A stretch of DNA of 64,000 nucleotides, taken from NCBI GenBank assembly GCA_963837175.1, contig CAWIMJ010000034.1, positions 96,001 through 160,000 on the forward strand, written 5' to 3'. Made by a program: the position numbers and the translations under genes. Below the pieces are notes generated by a model, which was not told the origin of the DNA, ran no database searches, and saw only the letters and a list, made by a program, of their open reading frames with translations. The stretch comes from an uncultured Nitrososphaeraceae archaeon. GTDB taxonomy: Archaea > Thermoproteota > Nitrososphaeria > Nitrososphaerales > Nitrososphaeraceae. Below are positions 46,515 to 59,234 of this stretch, piece by piece; the first letter of the stretch is position 1, and each line of letters begins with the position of its first letter.

Positions 46515-47180
46515 TTGATACAAGCAAGAAAAAATTCTCTATCAGTTATATCAGCAGCAATGCTGGCATCAGGAATAGTCTTAATAGCTTCGTTAGATGC
46601 AATGCAATATAATGCCGTAGCATATCCGCAACAACAAGAAGGATATTCTCATTATGGTATGATGAAGCCGCCAGGAGTATACGCAGCTGGAACCATAGCA
46701 GGCTTGCAAAATGATCAGAATGGTAATCCTACATGGATAGTCTCAGGTTACTGGAAAGGCAGCTTGACAATGGATAATAAGACAGAAGGAGGAGGAGGAG
46801 GAACAGGCAATCAAACTACCATCACTACTACTGCTACTGCAAATACTAATAGTACCGCTACTACTGCTAATAACCTCACCACTGCAAGATTCAATGCTAT
46901 GTTCAATATGGTTATGACAGATGGTTCTGCTATGCACAAACATGCAATTTATAACTTCAAACTTATGAATATGTCTAACCCAAATAATACAACATCGGTA
47001 TTTAATGGAACTGCTACTATAACTATGAAAGACGGACCAGTAGATAGCGTTCCTGTTAGTATAAAGCGTATAGATGACAATGTCATAAGTATATGGGCAG
47101 ATCCGGCTAAGGTCAATAATCACTTTGGAACCACCCCAATATATGGTACAATTATGAAAAGTGTAATAGTAAAGAAATAA
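46515..47180 (+). CDS. Secreted hypothetical protein
   Basis: Signal peptide; PTWIVSGYW...DGSAMHKH...HFGTTPIYG; Thr-rich linker. Confidence 0.75.
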   Translation: MIQARKNSLSVISAAMLASGIVLIASLDAMQYNAVAYPQQQEGYSHYGMMKPPGVYAAGTIAGLQNDQNGNPTWIVSGYWKGSLTMDNKTEGGGGGTGNQTTITTTATANTNSTATTANNLTTARFNAMFNMVMTDGSAMHKHAIYNFKLMNMSNPNNTTSVFNGTATITMKDGPVDSVPVSIKRIDDNVISIWADPAKVNNHFGTTPIYGTIMKSVIVKK

Positions 47181-49143
47181 CATTAGCTGCTTAATGTTCT
47201 CAGTAGTAGAACAGCAGTATCCTGAGAACCGGTACTTCTTTCTTTATAACGTTATCTGTAACTATATCTAATGCCTTAAGTTCTCTGGACGGCTCTACGT
47301 GCACTATAAGATACTGAATACCAGGTTCTTCAAGCCAGACGGCAAAAATACAAAGCCCAGCAGCAACAAGAATGGCTATCTTCCAAAGCATACAACTCTT
47401 TTCCGAAAAGAAACTCATTAGAAGTAGCGATTGCAGTAAACCTGAGAGAGTCAGAGGCAACTAAATTCTGTAGAGGGTAAACATTTAGCTTGAAAATCTG
47501 CTGTTTACACTTGCGACGGCTTACAAGACGGTCAAACATCTTCCGACTATCAGAAAAATCCCTGATGAATTATATGGGATGGAGATCGGACTAATAATTC
47601 CACCAGAAAAATAAAATAAGACTATACGGCGTCCACTAGTTTAACTAGTGGGCTTTGCTAGAACAACATTACTATAATTTTAGTTACTGAATAATAGTAA
47701 AAAGAAGATAACTTGTCCGACTAACATTCGAAGACATGTGGCTTCCCCTGCAAGACTACTTTGATAGGCTAAGAGATAGCCCCGTGGTTTGCCCATATCA
47801 TCCTACGCTCATACTCCCCACTTTTGGAGTGGTTAACCTACTGCTTAGAATGACATACATCATTTCTGAAGCGAATGCAAGCCTTTACTTGCAAACGTGG
47901 ACCAAAATGATGTATAATCTACTCTTTCGGTCAGTCGGAGATTATACCTTTGAATAAACCTATATTTAACTATCCTTGTTAAAATTAATTTATCTAGTAA
48001 TTTGAGTCTATTCACTTTACAATAAATTTATAGCCAAAGACACTCACTTCTTTTTCTTTCTAATTGTTAGATTCAAAAAAAGAGGTATGATAGCAATATC
48101 GCTGGTGCTATTATCTTATGTTGTGAATATCATAGCTAATAACATATCAATAAATTTTACATGACAAATAAGAGAAGAGATATAGAACATTACTTGAATA
48201 TGATAATATAAAAAAAGAGTTGCAGTTATAGAATCAGTGGGTAGCAGCAGATGCTTCGAAGATTAAAATTGATCATCTTTAATTCTTAATTCTCCCTTCT
48301 ACTCAGGATATTTTTAATTTTTTCGGCTAAACTGAGAGAAACTGAGACAATATTATGCACAAGATTCTCTATTTGTTCAAGTCTTACTAAATATACAGTA
48401 ATATCTATCTTATCTAAATCCATACTTTATGTTGGCTTCATCCTTCTAAAAAGATAATAATCTGGCTTGAATAAGAAGTGAAAATACAATAATCTGATAA
48501 TATCTCTAGGATGTGAAAACCTTCACTGTATGACCGTGTGGCTCGGTAACATGCTGTAAACAAATTCTATCCCAGAGACACATAAAAATTCTTTAAAAAT
48601 AAGAAATATCTCTTTCTCTGGGTGTGGTTATATGTTTTACAATAGAAGAGGACTGAGTTACTATCAGCTATCAATTCTGCAATAAACAACATCTGATGCA
48701 TCCACTATTTTTCCAATATATTTTCCACTGCATTTGTCACTTAAAATATTAAATTTACCTCTACCTTTGTGTATTATCTTTGCCTCTATTACAGCTTCAT
48801 CAATAACTAGAAAGCACCAGCAGGAGTATTTTTCTGCTACTATACTGCTTCTAACATCATTACATGGTTCCAATATAGTCTTATTGTACTTTCCAAGCTG
48901 AATTATGGAAATAATGATCTTCTCCTTAAGAAAATTACCAATCACAGACGCATTAGCAAATTTTTTTCTTGCTAGAAGTATTGTGGTTAGCTGTATCAAT
49001 AATATGAATAATGAGTTAATAGATTTAAACATTATTCTACTTAATCTTAACGTCTGTAAAGCATTATTTGAAGGTACTTTGTAATTATAAGTTCTATACC
49101 CTATTTTAGAATCGATATTTATCAACTGTAAAAGCTATAGTTT

Positions 49144-49398
49144 TTGAAAGATTTTAAACAATGTTATAATCCTGAAAATAGACACAGAAGAAAGGAAACA
49201 GAAAGATTCAAGAGTTTTACATATGACGAACTTTTAAAAAGAGATAGAGTCAATCTTGATATTTTCTGGTTGAGAGATGAAAGCCTTGAAGAATCAGATA
49301 ATCTTTCTCCACCAAATATTATAGCACAGAAGATAGTGGAAAATCCAGAAGCGGCCGTAGAATTTTCTCAAATTGAAGAAAGCTTAACAATAAAATAA
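49144..49398 (+). pseudogene. hsdM: Type I restriction-modification methyltransferase C-terminal fragment
   Basis: DF..CYNPENR..RKETERFKSFTYDELLKRDRVNLDIFWLRDESLE..DNL. Confidence 0.8.
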
Positions 49399-49559
49399 TG
49401 TATCGATATAATATAATTAATATAATCAACTCCAAATGTCTTCTGGAACCAACAATAAAAATGATAATTCCAAACTTCATGAACTAAAAATTCAAAATGT
49501 AATTACAACTCAGACTTAAAACAACTGATAGATATTACTAAGTTCAACGAATTTCATTG

Positions 49560-50520
49560 GGGAAGGTTATGATATTACATGATGCAGGCGGAAGAATTCT
49601 GATATTGAAGAATATAAGTCATTAGATCTTTTGTCTTATCCCCCTCAAAATCCAAAGACAATAATCGGCATTTATTAGTGAATAAGGGAAATCACTGTAC
49701 TTGAGCCTGCTTGTGGAAGTGGTCATTTCTTAACATCGGCCATGAAAGAGCTATTTTGATTCATAAGATCTTTATTTTTTTCATCTAACAAGAAAATGAG
49801 TAACTATGAAATAAAGATGGACATAATTACTGGTAGTCTAGTTGGGGTCGATATAGAGAGTTCTGGAGTAGAGATTACTCAAGGTCATAGTTAAGTCTCA
49901 TTGACGATTTCGATGTTAGCAGAGAGGAAAGAGAAATAGATACACTTCCCAAGATCGATATAACGTTGAAGAAGGTGGTGCCTTACCTGGTTTTAGCTCA
50001 CTGCCTACTGCGGAGCAAATGGGAATAGATGAAGATGATACAACTATTACAACAATATTTAGAGAAATTGATGAGATAAAGAGAAGTTTTAGAATGAATC
50101 CCCATCCTCAGCACGCAAAAGAAATAAAAAAGATTATTGAAGAACTAATTAATCCTTACAATAATGCTTTAAATTGGAGGCTTATTACGAACTTTAGTTG
50201 AACATAAAATTAGATTCTCAATTGAAGAGATATCTCAATTAAATCCATTTCATTGGAGATTAAAATTCACTGAAGTGTTCAGAATGAAGGAAGGCTTTGA
50301 CGCGATTGTGGGCAATCCACCCTATGTTGAGCGTAGTAAACTAAATTATCCAACAGCATTATTCAATATCAATAGCTGTGGTAATACATATGCATACTTC
50401 TTTGAAATATTGCTCAAATCTTGAATTCTAACGGTTATTTGGGATTCATCGTGCCCGTTCTAGCATTTCTATCGATAGAACGATACCACTCCAGGAGATA
50501 CTTATGACAAAGTGTAGTCG
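49560..50520 (+). pseudogene. Type IIG (Eco57I-like) restriction-modification enzyme remnant
   Basis: Motif I EPACGSGHFL (about 49703), GVDIE, PFHW...GFDAIVGNPPY (about 50314); multiple stops and frameshifts. Confidence 0.8.
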
Positions 50521-51391
50521 AATCAATGCAGGAAATAACAGTAAAGGAAAATAGCAAATCTACATACAGCATCGATTTTATTTCTAAAATAATAAGATCT
50601 ATTGCTAATCATTCTTCATCTAATCTAGTCACACTAAAACATTCCTCAAATAAGCCTCTGAAATTATAGAACTACTCTGTCAGATGCGGTAAAATTGCAA
50701 TTCTACCTAGCACCTAGAATACAAGTTCAATTGATAACCACATACTATTGGATCCTACAATCAAAATTTAAAACATCATAATTTCAAAAATGCACAAATA
50801 TACAATAGGAAAAACTCTGGTAAGAACCTCTTTCTTTCATATACTTGATTTGGACATTTACCGACAATTCATGGTATGATAATAATTTGGTTTAGTTTCG
50901 CAACCTGTATTACATGTGTGACGTTTTCAGATTGCATTTTATTCAATACTCAATGGGTAAATTTTTCTCTGCAATATGAAACAAACTCTAAGCAATAAGA
51001 TTATCCCCGAGTAAAAAATTGTATATAATGAATATAAATAGAAATGAAGAAGAATTTTAAGCATCAGTCGATTAAGAACAGATATTGGTTGTTTATTTTT
51101 ATTGAACCCATAGAAGATTCTATTTAGAAGTGGTCGTATCCATATGGCTAATTCGTTTAGTCCACTAACGATACGGCTTTATGTATTGCATGAATAATAT
51201 CCAATTTTTACATGCGAGGGACTTATCGAAAATATTATTAAATGTATATACTACTTTTTGATAAAAGAACATAGAGTCGATTTAAAAACTCTGACAAGAC
51301 CGGTTTCCGCCAGTAATCTTAAAAGATTTTAGAAAAAAGACGGATCAAAATAGTAAAATAACAGTAAATTCGATTTGGTTGCACAATTCAC

Positions 51392-51550
51392 CTAATCTTC
51401 TTTAAAGAAAGGTCTAAACTGAATATCGAAACCAGGGGAATCATTAGCAAATTGCTTTATTGTGATCATTTCACATATTTTGTCTTGGAGCTTTGAATGT
51501 TCAGCCAATTTCTTTTTACAAACAGGACATATCATCGTTTCATGACTCAT
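51392..51550 (-). CDS. 52-aa small zinc-finger-like protein (not in the ORF track)
   Basis: MSHETMICPVCKKKLAEHSKLQDKICEMITIKQFANDSPGFDIQFRPFFKED; CxxC...H...C. Confidence 0.55.
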   Translation of the reverse strand: MSHETMICPVCKKKLAEHSKLQDKICEMITIKQFANDSPGFDIQFRPFFKED

Positions 51551-52330
51551 TATATAACAATAACAAATGATCTTAAATCACAATTATAAAGATTTAAGAA
51601 GTATAAAAGCAGATCCAAATAATAAAATGAGAAAAGAACTGAACTCACCAACTGAAAAATACTGAAGAAGAAAAAATTAAGGAATATAGTGACAATATAA
51701 AATAACATCGATCTAGCATAGCATCAAATTAATGGAATTCAATTCTAATGTTTTTGGGTATGCTACTGAAAGGTAAGGTTGATGACCATAAGTAGCGATA
51801 TCGTAAGCATTTTGATACATAGAGATTTGGCGCAACTTTATTGCTATTAGATAATTTATACATCAAAGGATTCTCGTAGTGCATTTGTCCTTTTGGAGAT
51901 TCAAACTCATACCCTTGAGAGGCTATTGGATCTGCTCTTTGTTCTTCGAATGGTCATTCATCTCCTTTGTATAATTGAAATATTTCTGATTTGCAGACTA
52001 CGGTTACTTTTATCTTATGCTACTTAGGTTCAAATGCTATAATTCCAAAATCTTAAAGTTGCTTAAATTAATTACTTTACGAAGCTTTACTACATAGAAG
52101 AAAGTAGATGGTTATAAGGAAATATTTTACTACCATTGATGAAATCAAACGGTATCAGAATCATTCCTATTTTGTCCCAGCGGCAATATTGATTCTTTGA
52201 TCCATCATGATTCATAGATTATAACATGAAGATATATTTATTGGGTTACTATTAGAATTTAGGAGCAATATATGTAACGTTTTAAAATCTATATTGTGCA
52301 CATATCGCTTTTCTTATTTTCTGTAAATTT

Positions 52331-52716
52331 TTATACCATTTCTTCTGTACCATAAAAAACACTTGATTTTAATATTAACTCATCTTTGAATTCAAATTTT
52401 TCAATTACAGACCATTTAATTTTGTTATCAGGGGTGGCATAATATTCTAATATTATAATATTTTCCTTGATTACAAGATCTATCGGTGTAAAATGTAGGC
52501 TTGAGAACTTCTTTAATCCTAAAGAAAAATATTCCTGCAAATCCTTCTTGTTGGTAATTACAGCAGTAGTTCTATCAGGATAGACTATTTTTATTTTAGG
52601 ACTACGAAACTTAATCTCTCCAGAGTAAAGAGAAAGAAGTGCTTTTAAGTATGGGTGTTCCAAGCCTTAATCCATTGATCAACATGATCTTTGGCAAAAA
52701 ATTCAGTGATTGGCAT
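52331..52716 (-). CDS. SnoaL/NTF2-like protein (5' frameshift)
   Basis: WIKAWN...LSLYSGEIKFRSP...LQEYFSLGL. Confidence 0.75.
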
Positions 52717-53286
52717 TCTCATCACCTTCGAATTATAAATCATAGTTCATCTATAATATTTTTGTGTATAATTTCTGTAATGTTCAAGTACTTGGGAGAC
52801 AAGAACCAGTGCTAAAGTAAAAAGGCATTGAAAAAGTAAATAGATAATAATAGTAACCAAGAACGAGCCAATGATAGTAAAAAATATTGAAGATTAATTA
52901 TAATATAAAAAAACATTTATTTAAATGCATACGGATAACTTCAACGCAATATTAAAGTAAGGAAATCTTTGATAAACAACAGTAAATTATCAGCAGACAA
53001 TCTCATTATGAGATAGACTTCTAGGATTATAATTGTATCGGCATGCGAATAGAAAATCTTGATTAATTGGGATAAGTCTTATTTTTATTTATTTTGATAA
53101 GCCTAATCTATTTTGGAGTATAATAAAACAAGCTAAGTATATAGAATTGCCAAACCTGTCTTGATTTATTGCCAATAGCATTTTAAATCGCATAACAGCA
53201 TAATTTAAAGTTTGAAATCTTTTATGCTACTAGTATTATATATACCGCTATAAAACAATTGCCTTCGATACAAAAAATGAAGTAAT

Positions 53287-54018
53287 ATGACAACTGTACT
53301 CGAATATAAGAAATTAGGATTAAGATTCTATAGTATTTGTCCTAAAACATCAAACACCATATCGAAGAGAGAAACGATTTTAGATCCATATGGAGTCAGC
53401 ATAGTAGGATACTTTGAAGATCAACAACAAAAGTACGATGATGTAATTAAACATCTAGAAGACTTAGGGCTTGGTTTTGTACGAGTAAAAAAATTACACT
53501 TTACTCTTCTATCCCTTTTTGACGAAAAAAGAAAACAGAATCCGTTCTATTTACGATCAACAATCACCGCAGTTAAAAAATTCTTTGAAGGATATAAAAG
53601 CGAATTGAGCGGTCCTCTGAATATTAAAATTAATCTCATTCGACCTGGTTCATGGTATAATAATGATATGAAGGAAATTCGTATGCTTAGTGATGGTACA
53701 GTAGTAGCAATGGCTGATCTAGAGGATTCTGATACTCAAAAGTTTACAAGAGTAGGTAATCTTCTTGCAAGATATCTACAAGAAGAATTACCTTATATTT
53801 TTGATTTATCATTTGGGCGCAAATTTCCTTCAGCAGTATGGTGTACTCTGGGATATTTTGATCATGATGATTTTGAAATTACTGAAAACATAAGAGATTC
53901 ATTTAATTTTATCACTAGAAACATCATAACTGTAAATATTAAAGAAGTACAGATAATAGAATTCAACAAAAGAACACTTGAAGACGTTCGACCTATCGGG
54001 ATCCCTTTTCCTTTGTGA
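53287..54018 (+). CDS. 2H-phosphoesterase-like protein
   Basis: LHFTLL first motif; degenerate second motif VWCTLGYF. Confidence 0.5.
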   Translation: MTTVLEYKKLGLRFYSICPKTSNTISKRETILDPYGVSIVGYFEDQQQKYDDVIKHLEDLGLGFVRVKKLHFTLLSLFDEKRKQNPFYLRSTITAVKKFFEGYKSELSGPLNIKINLIRPGSWYNNDMKEIRMLSDGTVVAMADLEDSDTQKFTRVGNLLARYLQEELPYIFDLSFGRKFPSAVWCTLGYFDHDDFEITENIRDSFNFITRNIITVNIKEVQIIEFNKRTLEDVRPIGIPFPL

Positions 54019-54653
54019 TCATTCTTGATTTAATATCTAAAATACAGGTTAATACATGATTTCACAATATCCTAATATGTAGATTCACAGATGAATCTAA
54101 AGAAATGAGTTTATGCTATTAGCTCCTGAGTATATCTGGATAAACAGCATATTACTAAGCTGCAAGCCTGCATTATCAAACGCACAAATCCGGCAGGCAA
54201 ACAGTTCTCACCATAACCAGCAAAAATATAATAAGAATTTTGCAAGATTGTGTTGGACGGTGATTAGATCTAAATAGATCTATAATAATCAATCCGAGAT
54301 GATTTTGAAGCGCCATAAGCAAGCAGATGATATGTGTAGTCGATCATTTTCATAATGCACAGACTATTTAAAATTAATCACTTAAAGATTCGGCTTCTCG
54401 ATTGTATCAGACAATATCGACTTCTTCGATTATTTCGCCGATGTACCTAATAAATATTGTCCTGAAATATGAGATAGACCTTGTTGCCTCCTACGAAGTG
54501 CTGAAAAATAGTTTAGTACCAGTAGAATAGTCCTCTCTATAATAAGATTTTTATGTATCTAGATTTCACTATTATTGTGAAATTTATTTTATTATATCAG
54601 AGTTACTCAGCAAACCTCCGAGGGATGCGTCGAAATACGAAAAGGAGATTATA

Positions 54654-55619
54654 ATGAGATTTCCAAATTGGGTTTGTAGCGATTGTGGAAGACCTTTTGG
54701 CAGAAGATGGAATGGACAACGTCACCTACAAATTTGTCATCATGGATTTGGAGCCTTAGTGAGCTTTATAGACTACTTGTCAGGCAGACAATCGGGCTTT
54801 TACCCTTCAAGTTCTCCTCCTTCTTATAGAAGAAAGACGACTAGCTTTTTTGATATTTACAAGGATGAATTCAATAGAGCGCTAGCAAGGGAATCGGTCA
54901 ATCGGTTTTTCCATCCACCTTAGCCAGGAATGAAGAAAAATTTTAACATTGGCAACCAGCTTGGACTTAATCGTCACCATCCAGAGGACGCAGAGAAAAT
55001 ATTTGGATTTAGAGCTAACGCATGCGAAAAATGCTTAACGACTGAATCGCTTAGGGTTTATTTTGTTGATAATCAAAAAAAGAATGTAACAAGGAGAGAG
55101 GAAAGACATATTTGTAATTCCCAATGGGTAGAGGAGGCGAAACAGCTAGGTAGCAGAGACATTTATGCCAAAGAAGCGTATGGTAAATTGCCAGAATACT
55201 TGAAAAAAACAATAAAAGGATGGACAAAAAACAAAGCTTACCTAACTGCAATAGAATTACCACGCTATCCGCCAGATAATGCTATTAAATTAATGCAAAC
55301 GATAAACCCGCAAAACTCAATCACATTACAATACTCCAATGAGAAAATTATCGAATTAGTATCACCATCAAATGAGCAAAACGATTGGGCCACTAGAGCA
55401 ATCAATAATAAACTGACCACATTAAATGATGAGGAAATAGGAGATTTCTGTCAGAAGGTCAAGGATGCAACATTTGCCTTCTTCAAGGTTAAGACAGAGG
55501 AAGAATCTACACACTTTTATCTAATGGTAATTGCAAAGAATAATAATAATGATAATAATATTCAATCAACACTTTCTTTGGATGATGAGCAACGAAATCC
55601 TAAGACATTGCCAAATTAA
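54654..55619 (+). CDS. C2H2 zinc-finger hypothetical protein, split by an in-frame TAG at 54921-54923
   Basis: WVCSDC...RRWNGQRHLQICH; CEKC...HIC; WATRAI...LNDEEI..F; collinear with 5278-6282. Confidence 0.7.
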
Positions 55620-55772
55620 CACAATATGAGAATATCGTCAATGATAGCGGTATCATAACAGAGGAATATTCTTTGATAAGTATTGCTAACAGCAATTCCT
55701 GAATTGATAAAAACGATAATAATAACATGTGAATTAGATTTTTTGTTTTGTTATTCTGTTCTTCTATTATTC

Positions 55773-56215
55773 TTAAAATACTGCATTTGGATCTCTGATT
55801 TGCCAAATTTCTTCTTGTTTTAGTTTTTCATTTTTAAGGTGATCTTCTAATGCACTTTCTAGTAATTTTTCTCTTCGGCCAATCTCTTGTTCTCTTATTC
55901 TAAGAGTCTCTTCATCACTTTGTACTTTTTTTGTATAATCTAAAAACTGTTTGTTAAAAACTTCTGAATCTATTAATTTTGATCTCATATAATAGCATTG
56001 CATTATCAGGTTCATAGACTTCATTAGTTCTTTTACCGCAATTTTTGGATTATCTATAATGAACCACAGATTTTTTCATTAGTTCCTGACACCCTCCAAG
56101 CAATTCTGTTGTTTATAATAATAACGGTAAGCAAGGTTTTTCCTTTTTGTGGCTGTACTATTCTGTTTTATAATAAAATCAATTTCTCTAGAAATAGTAG
56201 GTAGACTTAAATGTA
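55773..56215 (-). pseudogene. HTH/coiled-coil protein remnant
   Basis: LHLSLPTISREIDFI...LEG...MKSMNLIMQCY across frameshifts. Confidence 0.45.
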
Positions 56216-56929
56216 AATTATTAGATTGTCATAATAAATACTCCACATTCATAAAATATTGATCAAAACATACTTAGTTTTTACTTGAAGATGCTCTAAG
56301 CTCAAAAAGCACTATTAAAATACCTATTAGATAATAAAAAATATTGGTATTTCAGCATTTACAACAGCTTAGGTGACTTTGATGTATAGGAAACTATAAC
56401 ATGATTTGTTTCATAAATTCATTGTTAACCTTGTAGAAATTTGCATGAGCTTTTAATATCATATATTCATATAAATTGACTTTGATTTTCTCATAAAATT
56501 ATGAAAGGTCTACATACTCATCATGTAAAGGAGGATTTGCAACTACCGATGGATCTTTTGTCCTTTAGTTCCTGTTCGTCATTTGGAGACGCCCATGGTC
56601 TAATACTTAAATCTGGTGTTCTACCTTCAGCCCAAGATTGAAGATACTCCAAAAGGTCTGGATCATCTGTCGCTCTACCATAAATTTGATTTGGATCAAG
56701 TCTCCATCTGTTTTTAGGTTTAAGTTGCCAACTGGTCAAGACAAGTCAACTAAGGTTAATTTGCGTTGTAACAACAGATTGAGCCAATTGATAATGTGTT
56801 TTAAAATACACTTCTGTTTTTTACATGGAAATGATCGTCAAAACATTCTGTTCTATCGGAAGAGTATCTGGATATGAATAGATAACTGAAAAATATGCAT
56901 ATGAATCCTTATCTATCTACTGCTTCTTG

Positions 56930-57381
56930 ATGATGATTATAACGAGTAATGTTAAAGAAGAAAATATGCTACTGAAGACATTAGACGACGCATGGAATAG
57001 TCAAGATTTGGATACATTCAATAAACCTCATACCAAGGATGTCATAGTAAGGTGGCCTGGTCAATATGAGCCAACAATAGGCTAGAAACACGTAGAAATG
57101 AAGGTGTTGAAATGTTCAAGATCTTTCCTGACAACCATGCCCAAAACAATCCGTATAGGGTGCTCTTTGGTCAAGGTGAGTGGAGTTGGTCAATTGCTAT
57201 ATTCACTAGCACTCATAAAGGTCCAATGATGACTCCTGAAGGTAAAACGATTTCATCCGCGAACAAGAAATTGCAAGTCGAATTTTGCACAGTAGCCCAC
57301 TGGAAGAATGCTAAGATTGACGAAGAGAATATTTTCTATGACCAAGTGGGAATGATGAGACCACTTGGCTTAGCTCAATAA
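56930..57381 (+). pseudogene. SnoaL-like ester cyclase, frameshifted
   Basis: LKTLDDAWNSQD...WPGQ...FPDNH..NPYRVLFGQGEW...EENIFYDQVG. Confidence 0.8.
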
Positions 57382-57706
57382 CCAAAAGATCCAATATCAT
57401 ATCTCATAAACTGACAAACAACATGATATTAGAGAATTCTCTAATGGAAAAAGGAGAACAAGCATGTCTAATATATCAAGGACAAAGTTTGCACTGGTGA
57501 GTTAGAATATCTTTTTTACTTGAGATTATTGTTTGATTTTAATCTGCATTAGTGCTCTGTTGATATATTACAGTAAGTGCATATAAATAGTATAGTTACC
57601 TTCTATATACTCCCTTACCATATGTTAACTTAGTGTCTAAAACTTAACTTTTATATTTATACATGATGAACGTTATAGTTATGTAGGTGAAAAGGACAAA
57701 AGAACT

Positions 57707-58648
57707 ATGATTATTCCTGTTAATGAAGATTTAGTTATAAATGCAGTTGAGAAGGTAAGCAAGAGTGTAGTAAATATTGCCAGCGTAAGAATGGTACAAG
57801 ACCAGTTATTAAGAGTATTTCCTATTGAAGGTGTTGGTTCAGGTATCGTAGTAAATCAGAGAGGATACATACTTACGAACAATCATGTAGTTGACAAAGC
57901 ACACAACTTAAAGATTACATTAAGAGATGGAAATGTATTCAATGGAGTAGTTATAGGTACAGATAAAGTTAGCGATTTAGCCGTTGTAAGAGTAGATTCA
58001 AAAGATGCACTTCCATCTGTACAATTTGGAAATTCAGATGAATTAAGAATAGGACAAATAGTTATTGCAATAGGAAATCCGTTTGGACTCGTAGGAGGAC
58101 CAACTGTAACAGCTGGAATAGTAAGTGCATTAAACAGAAATCTAGAGTTTGAGAGTGGCATACTTGAATTGATTCAAACTGATGCTGCTATAAATCCTGG
58201 TAATTCGGGTGGTCCCTTAGCTAATACAAATGGAGAAATTATAGGAATTAATACTGCTAAAATGCCATATGCACAAGGTATTGGATTTGCAGTTCCTATA
58301 AATGCCGCTAGAACAATAATGAACGATCTAATAGAAAATGGTCGAGTTACTAATAGGCCGTGGATTGGAATTGCTACTATGAAGATAACAAGACAATTAT
58401 CACAATACTATGGGTTACCAGCAGATGAAGGTGCGCTGATTACCAAAGTAGAACTGTATAGTCCGGCAGATAATGCTGGATTGCGGAAAGGAGACATTAT
58501 TGAATCAATTGATGGAAAGAGAATAAATGATCCTTCTCAGATATCATCCAACATTCGTAAGAAAAGCGTTAATGATAGTATTGGAATAACCGTTAATAGA
58601 TATGGCAAAATCTTTGAAGTTCAGGTTAAGCTTGATGCACATCCTTAA
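57707..58648 (+). CDS. htrA: HtrA/DegP trypsin-like serine protease with PDZ domain
   Basis: TNNHVV, DLAV, GNSGGP catalytic triad; C-terminal PDZ (SPADNAGLRKGDII). Confidence 0.95.
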   Translation: MIIPVNEDLVINAVEKVSKSVVNIASVRMVQDQLLRVFPIEGVGSGIVVNQRGYILTNNHVVDKAHNLKITLRDGNVFNGVVIGTDKVSDLAVVRVDSKDALPSVQFGNSDELRIGQIVIAIGNPFGLVGGPTVTAGIVSALNRNLEFESGILELIQTDAAINPGNSGGPLANTNGEIIGINTAKMPYAQGIGFAVPINAARTIMNDLIENGRVTNRPWIGIATMKITRQLSQYYGLPADEGALITKVELYSPADNAGLRKGDIIESIDGKRINDPSQISSNIRKKSVNDSIGITVNRYGKIFEVQVKLDAHP

Positions 58649-58857
58649 TTTTTTCCTCTTTTTATAAGATATGGTGCTGAACAAATTTGATTCCCCTATA
58701 TTCTAATCAGAAAAGTAATAGTATTGGATCTGACGTCACTTCTAAATACATATAGAGTAATGATACTTGTAAGTGAACCTTTTACAGAAACTAATAGGTT
58801 CAGCATCGCATCGAAACGTCCACGTCAAAGATCAATGGGCTTAGAGGTAAAATAGAT

Positions 58858-59090
58858 ATGTTACTAATAGATAGCAATCAGATATATCTCAGATAATGTT
58901 TTTATTGCAGCTGTTAAATGCAGAAACTAAAAATGACAAAGACTCCATACAGGTTTTAAAAATCTGAACAATCTTTTAGGTGTCGATGGTATAGAGACAG
59001 GAGCAGTCACACAACTTTATGGCGCACCTGGCAGTGGGAAAACACAGGTTTGCTATACTGCATATGTGATATTGTCCTCACAGTACAAAG
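58858..59090 (+). pseudogene. RadA/RadB-like ATPase fragment
   Basis: TGFKNLNNLLGVDGIETGAVTQLYGAPGSGKTQ (Walker A). Confidence 0.75.
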
Positions 59091-59234
59091 ATATCTATCT
59101 ACATTGTTACTGAAAATACATGCTGTACCAGATGTTTACTAGCATAAACATCTAGTTTGAAAGGATGTAGTTGTGAACAAAGGAACATTTATGCAACACA
59201 GCTACTTTAAGTAATCTATTATCTATTATCCTTT

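Noticed and set aside
47780-47860. VNHSKSGEY resembling an IS1595 transposase motif
   Set aside because: Too short; no other DDE motifs or TIRs found.
48664-49125. 153-aa minus-strand ORF
   Set aside because: No recognisable motifs in very AT-rich DNA; I cannot support a call.
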